Assembly (NCBI GenBank): GCA_003971905.1
Contig: RSEE01000049.1
Span: forward strand, 186,001 to 250,000
Source of the DNA: Moniliella sp. 'wahieum'
Taxonomy: Eukaryota
DNA: 64,000 nucleotides
Direction of reading: 5' to 3'
Below, one piece after another: positions 36,568 through 49,277 of this stretch; within the stretch, counting starts at the first letter, position 1, and every line of letters starts with the position of its first letter. The notes beneath the pieces are model-generated. The model saw only the letters and a program-made list of their open reading frames with translations, ran no database searches and was not told the origin of the DNA. The position numbers were made by a program, and so were the translations under genes.

Positions 36568-37988
36568 ACGAACACCACAACCGACTCGTATCCGCTCGTT
36601 ACCTTGTATGCTCCTTTGCACCTTGACTTTCCTTCGAGATCTCCGCTTTTGTCCCTGTTCTATACTTCTTTAGCCTACCAAATCTTCTTCGCCATCTGTG
36701 ATAACCCTGCTAATCTGCCGCTTTCCCTCAGACCCGTTCGTCTATATCTGCTCTGGGCACATTCCCCGGAGAGACTGCTTCCTCTGCTTCCAACCCCGAG
36801 GATCGCCTCACCAGAAGCTCATGGGGGTTAGGCAAAGCCCATAGCCCCAATCGTAAGACGAACGTGACGACAGATCACGAACCGAAGACAAGCAATAGAA
36901 AAGGAAAGAAACGGCAGGGTACGCTTTGGAAGAGCGGCCCGACGAGTCGAACGGGGCGCATCCCGTCACATCTTCATCATGGTGGAGCAGATAGGTTGAC
37001 TGTTGCAGGATGTTTTATTCTCAATTCGAAAGTTGCCATCACAAGTGGAAGAACACTTGTATACCACCCGCTCGCGCCCAGCTGCTAAGGATGGCCAATC
37101 GGGACGAGAGAGGAGGAGTAACACGAGTGGTCTGAGTTGTCGAAGTCAAAGCGGGTGGTGGTGACTGTTGAACTAGTGGATGGTAGTGGGTTACAACATT
37201 GTCCCGGGTCGTTACCGAGATAGAACACTGAGGGAAATCAAAGCCTACAATAAGATGCATACTTTATATAAATGCCGGTCACAAAACGGGGACTCATCAT
37301 CGTCGGCGGTGTTTAACGCCCGACGGTTTTTGAAGAAGTTACAGGTAGGAAGATATCTCGGCTTGTTGCCGTCATGTTCCTTCTGTCCTTTTGATCCTTT
37401 TATCCCCGCGTTACGCTCATCTCTGGCCCGGCGGACTTCCCCGCAATAGCTATTTCGGCATCCATTCACCGTGTGTGACCGACGTCTGTGTATAATGGGC
37501 CCAACCTTCCGGTCTAGGATCTAAAGGGGCTTTTGTTGAACTGACGACGTGAGTATAATGAGTACACGATCCGAACACGTACGTGTAAATCATCATAGTT
37601 AATGGGCTTTTTGGAGACTAGACGATAGCCTAATACATGACTATGCCGTATCCCTTCCGGCCGTAGTAGTAGTATACGTGTCAGCTCTGTTATTAGGGTC
37701 ACGCGTTCAGGTAGAAGAAGGTACATGTTCTTGTTCCTTTGGTTCGCTTACCCTCGGTGTCTACCCTCCGTCAGCTCAGGGCGATTGGAGATCCTTCACA
37801 CAGTTGCCCTTTTGAATGGACGATGGAGAGGCCAATGTCGATGACGATGACCGGCGCGGGTTCATCACAGAGAGCTGTTGGGCCTGAGCGATGCCATATC
37901 TATATCTTTGAAGAAGTTTGGAGCTGACGATGAAGATGGAGGAGCAACGCGTCAATGCACGTAGAGCTGTTCCGTAGTTGTGTGTGTT

Positions 37989-38811
37989 TGTTACGGGCCG
38001 CGTCGGATCCAAGATGGTCTGATCCTAGCTAAGGCCCGCCTGCTCTGCCCAACCCAGTGGAGCGCGCCCCCAAGCCCAACCAAGTTTGACGATGGTTGGT
38101 TGTACCCTGTACGGTGGTCCGAGTGCCATGCGTACGCGCGACAGTAGTCGCCTCCCGCCCAAGTCCAAGTCGGTGGTCAAAACGAGACCACCAAGTATTC
38201 AGTATCTTTGCGACGTCCGTCGCCCGTCACCACTTATTTTCCTTCTCGATCGCGCCTGCGGCGATCAACCCCTCTTTTGACGTGCCTTTCTTTCTACACC
38301 CCCTTTTGTACCTGTTTCCCCTTTTTCGATTAAGCCTGTACCCCCGGTGGGTGGGGGATCTTTTCCTCCACCCTCCATTTCGTCCCTTTCCCGCCTATCC
38401 TGTCCGACTCCTGCCCGTTTCCAGCCAATTGATCCAGTACAGGCAGCTCTTCTTGTTAGCGTCCGACTTCTCCTCCGACCTCGTCCTCCAACCCCTCGTC
38501 AACCCCATCGCGCGAGCCCTCCTTTGGCCGCGGCGATTCCCAGTCTCAGTTAAGGCAGTGTTTGTCCGCCGCTGCCTCCTCCCGTCCCTAAGTCCCGGAG
38601 GCTTCAGACACGTTACTACGGCCCAAGCCGGTGCAGACAACAGCCTTGCCACACGTGCAGCCGCCCCACCAAAGGCCTCTCCTCGTCCCTAGCTCCGCTC
38701 GGATACACCAACCAGCCCAAGCCCGAAACTACCGTGAGTCGTCCTTCCGTCTCCTAAGGGATTGTACCCCAAGAACCTGGGTGAGCCCCCTGGCGGGGCC
38801 CGCCCGTGACA
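37989..38811. mobile_element. Solo LTR, copy B (same family as 4467-5258)
   Basis: TGTTACGGGC...GCCCGTGACA termini. Exact 5-bp TSD GTGTT (37984-37988 / 38812-38816). Shared internal blocks such as CTTCAGACACGTTACTAC and AGCCCAAGCCCGAAACTACCGTG. Confidence 0.9.
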
Positions 38812-39339
38812 GTGTTGGACTGTTCTCTTCTTTGGTTCCGCGGCGTTCAACCTCACCACAACACCTAATACAAAAAGGGATCATCGATCAGACCGCTGGC
38901 TGTTCGGATGCCAAAGTTAACGTTTTAAGTGCAACGTACACGTTCGGTGATACATGCTGGTCGATTAACGAATTTAGCGTAAAACGTGAAACACTTGTAT
39001 TGCACGCTAATCAAAACCCCGATGGATGGCTTGCTATGATTATCGATTACGATTAGCAAGGTAGTGGATCAAACTGATCTCTCAGATGCGTGTGCAAAGA
39101 AAGGTTTTGCGCGCACAGAGGGGTATTCTCGACGTAACGCATTACGCGCTACGTGTAATCGAAATCCGGAATCGACATAATCAGTTGCGCCAGTAACTAT
39201 ATAGTAACTAGGAACGTCTAAGAGCTATAAGATCTTAATATTTAATGATCCTGGTAACCAAGCGATGGCCTACGTGCAGTTATGCAGTGGTAGAGAGAAG
39301 ACAGGAGCTGGGTTGAACACGTTGAACCCAGACTGAAGA

Positions 39340-39512
39340 TCAGAAGAAGGAGAGGAAGGAGAAGAAGGAAGAGTGGCACAAGGCCAGAGGATAAGAAGAC
39401 AGGCGTGGTGCCCGGATGAGGGAGATGGTCAGGATGATCGGTGATCGATGATCGGTGACCGGTGGCCTCAGAGGTGGCTGGCTCATAGGACCCTGGTCAA
39501 CGGATCTAAAAA
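39340..39512. repeat. Diverged non-coding duplicate of about 42070-42212
   Basis: Shared ordered blocks: GA-rich run, CAGAGGATA, GGCRTGGTGCCCG, GAGRTGGCTGGC, TGGTCAAC. Confidence 0.6.
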
Positions 39513-42500
39513 GATCTAAGCCACTTGTTACACATCTGTACACCTTGCCACAAAACCCCGAACTATATAATGGCCCCAGGCCCAATGTCTATAGCGCTGC
39601 ATGATCCTCTGGCTTATGATCGCGCGGAGTTTGCGTTGCGGCTGGCTTGCCACAATTGACTGTGGGCGTGTATTTTGTTTTTTGGCCACTAAATACTAGT
39701 ACTTCGCCTTCCTTTGGCGGCCAATACTTCTCATCCTGAGGAGATAAGCCACAGGGCCCCCTTCTCATCGGAGGAGCAAGGTTGGTAACCGATAAGACCG
39801 CGGCAATGTTTTTCAGCACACAGTGCGCCGTAAGCTGCACCTCACTTCTACGAGGCGAAGGCGCCATAGGCCTCGGATGATCCTGTTTTTTCTCGAACAA
39901 AATTTGATCTGTGTAGGGGGGCCGCATAGCCCTTTCATCAGGGCTCAGTGAGAGGCAATTATCAAAAGCCCAAGGAGGTGAGTCAAACGGAAAATTCCTT
40001 GATGAGTGTATGCTGCATGGGCGTGGCACATGGAAGAGTAGTGTTGTGGCAAAACACTGGTATACCTCAAGCCCCGGTTCCCTTGGGCGCATGCCTTCCG
40101 ATTTTCCTTCCTAGTATATGGAAGGCCTTAGGAATATTATCTAAAACCGCTGTAGGTCATGCGCTTGTGCGCCTTATGCCTCTATTATAGCCTCTTCTGC
40201 AGAGTGAACAAGCGATAGTAGCGATAGCAGCTGACAAAAAAGGGACAAAAAGGGACAAAAAAGGGGAGGGCCGCGGTGTGGTGATGCTGATGGGACACTG
40301 AAGAGTCCGTAGGCCACGATGATGGATGATAGTCATGTGGGCATTGGCGCTCAGGGCTGTTGTAAAGAAGCCCCCTGAGGCCCTGAGGACTCAGCCTGAG
40401 TGTCGTCTCGGGAGATGCGTGATGGCACGTAGCACACTCGGCCTCACGTGAACTTCCTGAATTGTAGCCTCTCGTGTAGCTACTGAGACTCTCTTCTCCT
40501 CTATCTCTGTCCCTCCCTTTATCCTTTCCCTCCTCTTCCATCTCTGCTACCGACAGTACTTCGCTCGCCTCTTCAGCAACCAATCCCATTTTGTGGACCT
40601 TCTGTTGACTCTGGACTGTTCTGTCGCATCAGGAGTCAGTCATAACAATAGTAAAGCTCAAGAACGATAGTTAATGATCGATAAGACGATAAGAAAATGG
40701 AGAAGAGGCAAGAACGCGAGGATCCGTTTCCGGGGACCACTAGTGGTCCAGAGCACCCATCAGTCTTGTGGATAACATGTGGCCCGACTCAGTGTATCGT
40801 CCGTAGTGTATCGGTCCGGTACATTCGGCATCTTCCACGGGGGGGGGTCCGGCGTTTCTTGAGTTTCCCGGGTGTATTAGCTATATTCTCTCCTTTTTAT
40901 AACTCCTCAGAATACCAGTTCCATTGCATATCTCGCCAACCCTGCTATATGACTTAGGCTTATGACAGTCTCGTTTCTTCTCCCCCATAATGTTTCTGTG
41001 AAGTTGCACCCCTATGGAGCCCCAATGGCACAAGGCCAAGTAAATATCTCGGAGCATCGGTCCGACAACAGATCTTAGGTCTATATATAGCTTACCTGCC
41101 GCTATTTTCCTGATGCGCCTCCCCAAACCCATTATATTGAACGGAACTTATGAGTTGTTACTTAAGAAGATTGTCAGTGCAAGAGCAAGGTGTTACTGGT
41201 AGATACTTGCCTTGGTTGGTTTTTGATGCTCGCATAGGACTGTGTGTGTAGGGTGGGCACACATGAGCACACAGGCGAGAAGAATCATACGTCATATGGG
41301 TCCATCATATGTACATCATATGCTGCATCATTTTCCATCTTACACCCGCTGCACCTGTTTTGCTCCTCTCTTCCGTCCCCACCTCCACCCTATCCATATA
41401 TGGCATACGCTTGGAGAAGACGGCAAAGGAGGCAAGTCATATAAGCTGAACTCCTCAGGAGAACGTTCTCTAACTCTCACCAGCGGTATTCAAGAGGGGG
41501 CGTATCAACTAGATTGCTTAATTGTTTGCCTATGGTTTGGTGGAGTGAAAGAGGCGTAAGAGAAACGCACCATTTCGCACAGAGACAGCGAATGTATGCC
41601 ATATATCCCATTCCATCGGAAGGGTCCATTGCTATGCCTCAGACTTGGTCGATTCGGCTTCACGGGGATAGGGGGCGTATTGGCATGAGGATATAGTAAG
41701 GGAACTACAATTGGGAACTGCGACGGGCGGTCTGGGGAAAGTTAGACATATGGAGAGGGAGGAGTATTAGCGTAAAGGGATGAAGAACCAAATAAGGAAA
41801 AGCCTGGTGCTGGGGGGGTAATTGTCGGGAGAGGTACGGCGTTGGGACGGCAGAGGCGATTTGGTTTTTGTGCCGTTTGGACCACACCCATCGATTGACC
41901 GCCGTTCTCCATAATCAGAACCCAGCACCCACAGTGTGTAGTCGCCCCCGCGGAGGGCAACGCCGCAACACATAAACTTTTTCATTATAAAGATCCTGTT
42001 GGTTCCCCACAGAGATGTCCTAAGCGCAGGTATCTAGTGGTTAAAGGAAAACAGGAGCTACCCAAACTGAGGAAAGAGAAAGAAGAAGAAGGAGTAGCAC
42101 TAGTAGCACAGAGGATATAGGGAAACTGGCATGGTGCCCGCATGTGTAAAAGATCTTTAAGAAGATCAGAGTGATATTGGAGATGGCTGGCCCTCAGACC
42201 CTTGGTCAACATTCAGTGGCGATCGATGTGCGGTATGAGTAAAGAGTGAAGGTCTTGGAGAGGCAATAGAGGGAGAAATGCGGGGGAAGAACAACAATAA
42301 TGGATAATCGGGGTGGAAGAGTAGGATGGTTCCGAAAAGATGAGTTAGGGTGCGAAAAGAAAAGGATAATATAGTGAAAATGACATGAGGTAGAATGTAC
42401 ATGTGAACATAGGGAGTGCCGTCTCGTAACCAGAGCCCATATGAAAAGGAGTCGGGAGTACTTTCGGAGCGTTTATAACGGGGGAAACCTTGAAACCTTG

Positions 42501-43332
42501 TGCCCTACGGTGCCAATGTTGTCTCAGATTCTAGAGCAAAGAGCGCAACTTGAACGATGAAACTGTGCGTCGTTCCGTCCCCTCTGTGTTGGGCTCAATG
42601 AATAATGCACAGCTGCGCAAAAAGGCTGTGGTCACACCTATCATGGCATTGCAGGCTGTGAATGGTAAAACCACAGAGTATAGCGTGTGAATAAAAGACA
42701 TCCAGAGCCCAAACTCCGACCGAGATGTGTTGATGACAACTTATATATAGTCCGACTGAAAAGTTTCTGAAGACTCATACTAGATTGGGCTTGCGCTGCG
42801 ATGATGGAGGATCGATGAGAGATCCACGGATGTGGGATCCCAGGGGATTCCATGTCCAGATGAGGTATCGGGCTGCCCTCGTAATAACAGAGAAGGGACA
42901 CTAGACCGCAAGGCCTACAACAGCCTAACAAGACCTAGTACTCAAATGAATAATCAGGCCTACTGTAAAAGAAGGGGTGTTGCCACGTCAACCGACAGCG
43001 TCTACTGGCGTGGTTAATGATTAGTAGTAGTTGTGAAGGATAGACCCTAGAGTTGTCGCACAGGCCCAGCAGAAAGGCCACGTGTACACCCTTTGTCCCA
43101 ATACTTGTACTGTCCTCTTCGCCACCGCCTCCTCTTCCCCTTCCCCTCTCGCTCACCTCGTCCCTTTTGATTGTATCACTCTCGCTGATTGTTCTGTGCT
43201 TTAGACTGACTAGGCGTCTCCCATCAGGCAGAGCCTCGTGTCGCCACAGAGGGGGTTTCAAAAGGTCTCAAGTACTGTGTCGTGATACTCCTGCCGTGGC
43301 ATAACTTATAGTAGAGTAGGTTCCCTAACAGG

Positions 43333-43443
43333 GGTGGCGCTACCACAGGCAACACACGCAAGATGAACTGTTCTTCGGTTTAGGCGTAGCGTTCCCCTGT
43401 CCCAGCCTTAAGCTCTGTCAATGATATAGATGCAATGTAGAGA
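43333..43443 (+). mobile_element. Short 3'-tail fragment of the same non-LTR element
   Basis: CACGCAAGATGAAC...CGGTTTAGGCGTAGCGTTCCCCTGTCCCAGCCTTAAGCTCTGTCAATGATAT closely matches the reverse complement of 30948-31032. Confidence 0.75.
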
Positions 43444-44950
43444 AGCATGCATGAGATGTTATTGACAAGATCTTTCTCCCTCGCTCCATTCATTATTCAT
43501 TCCATATCCTGTACCACACCCACACACTAAAAAGTGACTCCCCCGACCTCCTCTGCGCCTATAATTGCGTCGTTCGGTCTCTGTTCTTGTGAAGGATATA
43601 ATAGCACTTCCAACTATATGCACCTTCGTATTTTACTTTTGGTGCTTCGAACTCCAGGCTTCAAGCTTCATGCTTCATGCATCATCATGATGGGGATATA
43701 TAGTACAGTATAAGCTTCATTACAGCTTAGTCAGCTTCTGTTACGGTTGTTCACTAGAGTGGTAGTAGGAGCCACACACAGAGGTAGTGCGGATTGCAGT
43801 TTTAAGTTCCCGCAATCCCCCCGTTCCACTGTGAGGCCTGAGGTTCTAATACTGAGCAACAGAGTACTCATTAAAACTCCGTTGACTCGTTGCCGGTTAC
43901 TAGAACAAGGGCCCCGACACCTACAAGAGAGAGCACTCCCTCTTAATTATGGCAAAAAATACACTAAGACCCTTATACCACTGTTGAATAATCGACAATC
44001 GATATTCGCTGATATATCCACCGAGACCGCGTCCGTCGAAGTAATATAGTACGCATTATGTCACGCGCATGTGGATCATATCCCACATGTCCGTGAGCTG
44101 CTTACGCGCTTACATTCGTTCCCCCGAAACGACGTACCAGATAGGAGGGGCGGCTGCCGCGCTGTGTGTGAGCGTACCCTCCTGTGATTGCGCTGTCCCA
44201 CACTCCATGTCCAAGGTCTCCAACGACGGGCCGAAAGGCAGTAGCCAATTAACCATAATGCCCGGCAATACGCTCAACACATATATGGTATCTCCTGCAC
44301 CCATGCTTAATTGTGGGTAACATGATGTAACCCCTTGCACTACATCTCTGGAGCCTGGGGCCTGCTCCTGGTGGCGGTGAAGAAGCACTCCCTTCGACAT
44401 CAAAACCTATTAACCCTATCGCTCTGGCCCTTCCGTCGCTCGCGTTTCACATCCTTGGCGCTGTACAACAGCAATAAGTTGGAGTGGCAACATAATAGAG
44501 CGCACATGCAGTATATGCAACAACCCACCCACCATGGATCCACGAAAGACATCATGTTCCCTACCGTATTACCGCGGTGCTGTTGCCAGCATATTCCCCT
44601 CCCATGTTCCTCAGCCGTTACTGTTTCCATCTGCCGCGGCCCATCATCCCTCCATCAACGTCTGTGCTGCTCACCTCGACCCTCCTGGACACTGCGTGGC
44701 CTTTGCACTACCTTCCCGGCCCCCCCAATAACTTCATCGTTGGGTAAAAATCCACCCCCCCCCTATATCCCCCCGTCTCTTGTCCTTGTATTCGCCCCTC
44801 CTTCTTCGTATCCCCCCACATCAGGCAATCGCCACAACCAATCCTCTGTATCGACGTCCGACGCTACAGCCCGTTGCGACCAAGCACCTAGTGCGGCTTG
44901 CCTGTTGTCTCCCACCCTTTCCTGGTCATTGCCTCTCGCACGCGTACACG

Positions 44951-46277
44951 ATGGCTTCGGTCGCAAGCACCACCGGCTTTTTGCTGATTGGCCTGTACTT
45001 CATCTGATCCTATTCGGGATCACAATTTGCCAGCTCTGGTTGCTGTGGACGCGTTTTCTCCGTGACCCCTGGAGGCTGAAGCTCGTTGTGGGTCTGGTGG
45101 CAATGGCAGAGGTGACCAATACGGTGTGTGCGTGCATCGCCTTGTCGGGCTGGCTTGTGACGCACTATGGCGAGCCCGAGTATTTGGCCATTATTGGGCC
45201 CAGTTTCATTGGCTCGATGGAGTCGGGCGCGATCAGTTGTTTCATTGTCGAGTGTTTTCTCGCCTGGCGGATCCACGCACTGCGCCGCCAGTGGTGGCTT
45301 ACAAGCATCCTCCTTTTCTTTGCTTGTGGTGGCATTATTGGCTGTACAGCTACCATGATCGGGTGCGGCATCCTGAAACGCTTTGATGCCCTCGACACGG
45401 TCCAAGCCGCGGTGCTCGTGAGCTGCTGCATCGTCACGTGCGACATACTCGAAACCACCGCACTCTATGTTACCCTCCGCCGTGCATTGACCGGCTTTTC
45501 TGCCACGGACACGCGCATCACGGAACTCAAAAACCTTATCCTCCAAACCTCAATCTTGACTCTCATTTGCGATTTCTGCCATATGACCATTGTCGCGACT
45601 CATGTACGTTCCTCTCCCTATTTTCCCCTTCCCGTTTCTCTCCTCTTTTTGTGCTTCTTGTGTTATATCACAGCACTTGGCGACTGACTTCGTCTGTACA
45701 TGTTGCGCCAGCCCATGTCGGATGTGCACTTGATGTTCAACCTTGTCTCGCCCAAGCTGGTTAGCAACGCACTGCTTTCGACACTCAACACACGCCGAAG
45801 CCCGCACGAGTTGATTGGCCACGAGGTATCCACGCCTTATTCGCCCAGAAACAGTATGTTCACCAGTTTCCGCAAGAGCATGGCGAAAGAGGTGAGCAGC
45901 ATCATGCGCACCTCTTCGGCCGCACCCAAATCGGACTTGAATCAGACCCAATTCCCACCTGCCTCGCTCGTACCGAACCTTAGGGGCTGCGAAAGCTCTT
46001 CAACAGCGGAAGAGGAGTACCCACTAAGCCCATCAACAGTGACCGGTCCAACCTCGGCGCCGTCCACATCACCACGGTCCAAGAGCAGTTCACTGAGGCT
46101 GAGCCTGTCCAGTCCATCAGCCCCCGCTTGGACCGGTCCACATTGTCACTCGAGGATGTCGGGAAGGCAATCCGCCACAAACCCGACAAGGCAGCGGAAG
46201 AGGAAGCGGAGGCGGAAGTGGAAGTGGAAGCGGAGGAGGCTAACTTGAACCTCGCTCTCACCCGATCAGCGCCTTGA
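44951..46277 (+). CDS. Multi-pass membrane protein, DUF6534-like, paralog 2 (intron 45604-45711; frameshifts)
   Basis: MASVASTTGFLLIGLY, LFGITICQLWLLWTRFLRDPW, FIVECFLAWRI, TDTRITELKNLILQ, VSPKLVSNALLSTLNTRR. Same intron position as paralog 1. Confidence 0.82.
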
Positions 46278-47037
46278 GGACACGACTTCTCCCGAGACTG
46301 CGGGGCAGTTTGCCTGAGTGCATCTGTGCACAACCACCACGCACCAAAAAATTTTCCTCTTCCTCTTGTTCTTGTTCTATAGTCCATCACATCCCAAAGG
46401 CAAACCTCTTCTCCCGTCCGCCCCCGTCTTTCTGTACCACAACGGATCTGGTTGACCTCTTCATATAAAAGGAGGCGCATTAGTTATGTTATTGATTCTA
46501 CGTCTGTGGCCGTCCTCGCTACATATCGATCAGAGAATAAGACAATGCCGTTAACCTATACGTCTCGCCCTTCTACAAAATCATAGGTAATGTGCAACTC
46601 GTTCACAGCTTGTGCCAGACGCCTTAACTCTTCTCTCGCAACGGTAGGTGGGCTGTACACTCAGTGGGGAAAAGGCGACCCATTAGATGGGTAAGAAAGG
46701 GGAGGCGCCTGTCAGCGTTCAGAAGGCATTTTTCTTTGCGTTTCCCCTGTAGTGTTGCCAAGGGAAAAGAAGTTGAAAGTTCCAAAAACACCAGCAACGC
46801 GGTGGGCCGCTGGCGAACGCGGCGCGTCGTGCTGCAGACGGAGGCAGAGGGGCGGTGTGGTGAGCACTGATGGAGTGCTCCGTGCTCAGTAGCGCGACGC
46901 GTTTTGGTCCCGCGTTCCATCTGGCGCGGCACCGCTGACGGTCATCGATCATCGATCATCGGCCATCGCCCCAGAGAGTCCGACCAGACGGACCAGGCCA
47001 CCGCCTCTCCTCTACTTTGTCTGCGACCTGCTGCACC

Positions 47038-47773
47038 ATGTCTGTCGTTCACCTGCAGAACGTCGAGATCCTCAACCCCAACGCCGACTTTGGCGCACCG
47101 TACTTGTTCAAGGTGACGTTTGAGTCGATTGCGCCGCTGGCGGACGACCTGGAGTGGCGTTTGATCTACGTTGGCAGCGCGCAGAGCAAAGATTACGACC
47201 AAGAGCTGGACAATTGCCTCGTCGGTCCCGTCCCGGTCGGAGTCAACTCGTTTGAGTTTGAGGCGGATGCACCTGACCCGTCCAAGATCCCACCGGAGGA
47301 CTTGTTGGGGGTCACTGTCATCCTCCTTACCGGTTCGTACAACGACAACGAGTTCATCCGCGTAGGCTACTATGTCCACAACGACTACCAAGACCCCGAG
47401 CTGCGTGAAAACCCACCCGAGACGGTCGATCTGACCAAGGTGCGGCGCGAGGTACTGGTGGAAAAGCCACGTGTGACAAGGTTTAACATCAAATGGTACG
47501 CTGTCATGTCTCCTTGCCTCGGGTGCGCCATTTGGCCTTGAGCCTTGCGGGTGGATGCAGCTAAGAATCGCTAACCACTCCCCACCTATCACCAGGGATA
47601 CCGAGACGACGGCTGCTATCGAAGAGGCTGCCACCACCGCTGCGGCATCTTCCTTTGCTCCTACGGCGGAGCCAGTGGAAGATTTGCATAGCAAGAAAGA
47701 CCCGCCGCGACCCGCCCCTGCTGCTGCGCCAGCAGCCGAATCGCCCGCCGAGGCACCAAAAGAAGAGCCGTGA
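47038..47773 (+). CDS. ASF1: Histone H3-H4 chaperone Asf1 (intron 47496-47595)
   Basis: [13 protein letters not shown]...[12 protein letters not shown]...[17 protein letters not shown]...EFIRVGYYV...[11 protein letters not shown]: canonical Asf1 core. Confidence 0.97.
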
Positions 47774-48766
47774 GTGGGTCGATTTGGGACCCAACCACGC
47801 TGGGGCGCGCCTCTTGCCTTTGGTTACTTACACCCTTGGCTTGAGGCTCTGAGGCACGACGTGTCATCGATATCGTCGTCGCCCCTTGGCTGCGGTCCCG
47901 GCTGTCTCGCGAGACGACCTCGTGCATACCCCTGCTGTTGAATGTCACCCCATTATCTCCCCAAATTGCTCCTAAATTTTCACCTGGCCAGGCGCAGAAG
48001 AGGGCGGTGCTAACAAACAGCCGCGAAGGCTGGGTACAGGTGAGGCTCTTGCCTTTTGTAGGCGAGTAGTTGTAGGCCCCAGGCTTTCGATGTGTTTTGA
48101 TTGGCGTCCTGCGCCAACCGTGTCGGACGTCAAAGCGGGGTGGAGGGGTGCAGCTGAGGTGACTAACGCGTGTCCAACTCGTGACTAGTGTGATTCTTTC
48201 CTTTCATCCTCTCCCACCCTCGTTCGGGCGCGATGGGGACGACATGCTTTGGACGAAACACCAGGGGCTGAGATCGGGACAGCACCAATAGTGTTCACAC
48301 ACACTACTTGCATTCCCAGTGCGGTGAACAAGGGCGAACGCCGAGAGCGCAGGCCTACATCTGCACGATCCCTTGTTGCGTGCATGGCAGCGCACCCGCC
48401 CATCGATACTGGTCAAGCGTGGGTGCTCAGCCTCGCTCCATGCCTAAGGCCGCACGAAACGTGTACCGTTTGACTATATGCGGCAAATGGAACGGCTACG
48501 GAAACATCGTTGAGTGCCTACATTGGAACAGCATGCCGGGTGCATGTTGATTGGATGGAGCGTCAAAAATGTCCCCTGTGGAGAAAATGTATGGATGTGC
48601 GACGGGAATTGAACGTGTGCAGGCTTGCTAGGGGGCCTGCCTGCCTTTGTGGTTGCGCCAGCAAGAAGGGAAATGGGCGCAGAGCAACACATGGGGGGGG
48701 GTAGGCGCGGCGTGACGTGGGAACAAACCAAAGATGGCAAGCGAAACGTGAGCGTGATCAGAGGAT

Positions 48767-49277
48767 CTACTGGGAGTAGCCGACAACCTTGTGCAACAGC
48801 AGGTTATCCACGTTGGACAGCGCACCAATCGTGCGGAACACAACGGCGGACAAGTTGGCCTGGGTGGGCTTGTAGGGTAGCCATCCAGCTTGGGCGCAGT
48901 GAGCGTGATGCTAAAGTTGCCCAGGGTGTTTTGCTCGTCGTGGGACGGGAGGTCGTACCAGCCAAACGTGTAGGCGCCCAGAGCATTTCCGCCCAGCCCC
49001 GAGGAGCGGCTGTCCAGACCAAACAGCACCCCGTACTCTTCCCCGCTGCTGAGCGAGTTGGAGCGGTGGAGGGTTACGGTGAACTGGGCATGGGCAGGGG
49101 TAAGAAGCAGATCAGCATGCTATCGGTGAGGGGTCTGGGTCCAAAACAGCAGGGGTGAAGGGTGAACATACGTCTTGGCCTCCGACAAGAGAGTGGAGTG
49201 TACCACTTGTCGATGTAGGCATGGGCCGAGTGGGCAGCAGCAAGGGCGGCAAGAGCGAAAACAGAGGCGAAGCGCAT
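48767..49277 (-). CDS. Small secreted protein (one intron, frameshifts)
   Basis: Signal peptide MRFASVFALAALAAAHSAHA, a GTATGT...CAG intron, then FTVTLHRSNS...GVLFGL...LGNFSITLTAP...LHKVVGYSQ*. Confidence 0.65.
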
